NCBI GenBank assembly: GCA_964019335.1
Contig: OZ025707.1
Span: 186,001 to 250,000 of the forward strand
Length of the DNA stretch: 64,000 bases
Direction of reading: 5' to 3'
Source of the DNA: Diplonema japonicum
Lineage: Eukaryota > Protista > Euglenozoa: Diplonemea
The position numbers were made by a program, and so were the translations under genes. This document shows positions 59,701 through 62,700 of the stretch, piece after piece. Each line of letters opens with the position of its first letter. Position 1 is the stretch's first letter. The notes beneath the pieces are model-generated. The model did not search any database and was not told where the DNA came from. It was given only the letters and a program-made list of their open reading frames with translations.

Positions 59701-62700
59701 TAAGATCACAGTGCAGCAAGTGGATGGAACTGGCTCAGTATCGGCAATGTACAACGTGCGTACCGGTGACATCTCCGAAGGGTGGGGAGTGTGGGAGTTC
59801 AAAGTGAAGGAGGTAACGTCAAGCAGCACTTCTGTCGACATTGATGTGTCAGTGGACGCAAGGAGCCTAGCATCCTTGTCGATGCCATGTGGGGACATTG
59901 GGTGTGTTAACGAGAGCGATCCCAACGTGCCGAAGACGCTCAGCGAAATGTCTATCGGTGCAGGGATGCGTCTCTTCCAAGCTGTGGTCAAGTCCGGCAC
60001 CACGCCCGTCCTAATTGCCCAGTCTCAAAAGCTGTTCGAAGGGACCACTGGGGGTGTGGAAACGACACCCACTGGGTGGTACACCGGGTCCAACGTCGAG
60101 CTGCAGTTCGACAATCCGATCGACTCCAACGCCAGATTCATCCAGAAATATCCCATTGTGGAAGAGTGTGAACCGTCGGCGGAGGCATCACCGCCTACCA
60201 CCAACCCTCCCAACTGCCTCAGAACAAGCCAAGGCCTCAACCTCATGTGGGACAATGTGTGGTATGGCACGGCAGAAGAAATCGTCGTTGGTGTCAGCAT
60301 CCCAGGACTCCCTGTGTGCAGCACCCCGCCTATTGCAGTTTCAGCCGGCCCTCCGTATAAACTTGCGTGTGGCACCCCGCATGCCAAACTCACCCCCGGT
60401 ACCCCCAGAGCGTCATCCGTCTTCATACAAGACATCATGGGCAACAGGGCTGCGTGCTTCGGTGTCTTCACGAAGAACGGTAACGAACATGTTGTAGACT
60501 GTACAACGGGGACGGCGAGCGTCGGTGTTGCTGGGTTGGAGACGAAGCCGCTTCTGCAGCCGTCCTCGAAGACCACGGAGCCCTTCCGTGAGTCTGCAGA
60601 GGCGAACTTCGTCGTGTCGTACGTGCAGCCTGAGTCTCCTTCCCTACCTATGGGCGGCGCTGAGGAACTACCCTCCGACAAGTTACAAGACTACGGGATC
60701 ACAGCTGACAATGGTGACTCTGAAGGTTGGGACGTAGCAGACTACAAGGGCTCATGGAGTCGTGGGTCCGACGCTTCTGGTGACAAGTTCTTCCAAGCCA
60801 CAGATGTCGGCACAGGCAACCCACTGTACACGCAGTACCTCACTAACGGTAGAAAGAACGCTGGGGCGCAATGTGCTGGCGTCAAGGAATGTAGTGCCAA
60901 CGAAGACCCCACCATTAACAACTGTTGTCGCTTGAACAACCCTGGAAGGGTAGTTGGCTCTGCTGTCTATTCGCTGCAGTTCCGTGTCATGGCAAATCTT
61001 GCGGCAGACAAGTCCCCCACGTCAGACACTGCTAGAGTGGAGGTCACATACTGGAAGGGCGGCGAGACACCTGTGGAGCTTCTCACAATGAAGCACACCA
61101 TAAAGGGAGTCCAGTTGCCTGTTACCACATGGCAGGAGGTGTCTGTCCCCCATGTAACGCCCACTGGCGCTGTCTACGCCACAATAAGAGTCATGTGCTG
61201 GAAGCTTGACCCCAAGGTTGACAATGCTTGCCGGGTTCTCTTCAATGATCTGGACCTTGTGCGTCAGGAGGGCGGTTCTGTGTTTTTGCAGTATTCGTCG
61301 ACACTGGATCGCATCGGTGGCGGGGCGATAAAGCCCGTTACTTGTGGGCCTGCTGAAATTGTCCCAGAGATGAGCCAGCCAGCGGCAGCAGCAGCGTTGT
61401 GCACACCTGCTACTTGCAACTACAACGGGATCTGTTCAGGCACGTGGAAGTGCCCCAAGGCCTTGTCAGATGCCTTCCCGTTGTACTGTTGCTCTCGGGC
61501 TCTGTCGTTTTGCTGCAGTGGGTTGCTCCGCAGCACGGCTGATGCAGAGTTCCGTGAAAAGTGTGGTGTGAACTTCTGCAGCGGGATGGGCGGCAAGGTC
61601 ACCATGCCCAGCGCGTGCTCTGTTTGCTACGATGACGACGACAGAGGCCACTGGGCAGGGTCTAACTGTGAGAAGTGTAAGGAAGGCTTCTACGGAACAC
61701 GCTGTACTGAAAGGCTGTGCGAGGTCAACCCCGAAAACGGTCGTGAGTGCTCCGGACATGGTGTGTGCAGGAGCGACGGACAGTGCAAATGCTTCGGCGA
61801 AGAGACTGCCAAACCCAAGGTTGTATTGGCGCTGAGCATTACCGACGACTTCATGACCGTAACCAGCACGCAGGCCTCAACAGCAACCGCCGTCACACCG
61901 GCATCCTTCTCTTCTTGCAATGCAGTCCTCGCATACTACGCCGACAGTACACGTGCTTGGGGCCTTCCCGACTCTGGTGTCTTCTCTATCAGCGGCACAC
62001 CATCGGCATCTTCATACTACTGCAGATTCTTCCAGGACAAGAACTTCCGTCACCACGGAGCTGCTCTTGTGGGTGGTGTTTGGAAGGGCAAGGGCAAGCT
62101 GGCAAGCAACGTGGCAACTGCGATGGGCACCACGACAAACCAGTACCTTCCCCTGCAGCTTCTTGGAACGAACCAACCAGGCTCGCGCATGTTCGAGTTC
62201 CCCGCCACCGATGCCATTGTCGGGCGCAAGTGGCTCCATTCCACGCTGCAGGACGGTGGCAAGACAGGTGGCGCCTTTGCGAGATACCCCCCTGCGGACA
62301 TGCCGTACATCATTCTGTCCACAAACCCTGTCTACACACCTTCTGCTGAGTGGGTTATGCTAAAACTGTCCGATCTTAAGGCCGCTCTGAGCACTGTGAT
62401 TGGCAAGAAATCGGAGTCTGCATCGGTGGTGATTAAAACTGTGGTGGGTAACGGAGAGGAAACCAACACACAGAGTGTGTGCGTCTATGCCAGTACGCCG
62501 TGTGCAACATGCGAACCGAAGTTTGTAGGAATCTTCTCGAAGTGTGAAAAGGGCGATGTGAAAAACTGGAGATTGTGGTTCGGCGAAGGGACCACCGACG
62601 AGGGGCAGAGGCTCGTGGCACAGTCCGTCCGTGTGTTCGTCAGCGAAGCGGCAGACGGGATGGAGTTCCCGACATCACAGCAGGACTGGTCGATGGCAAC

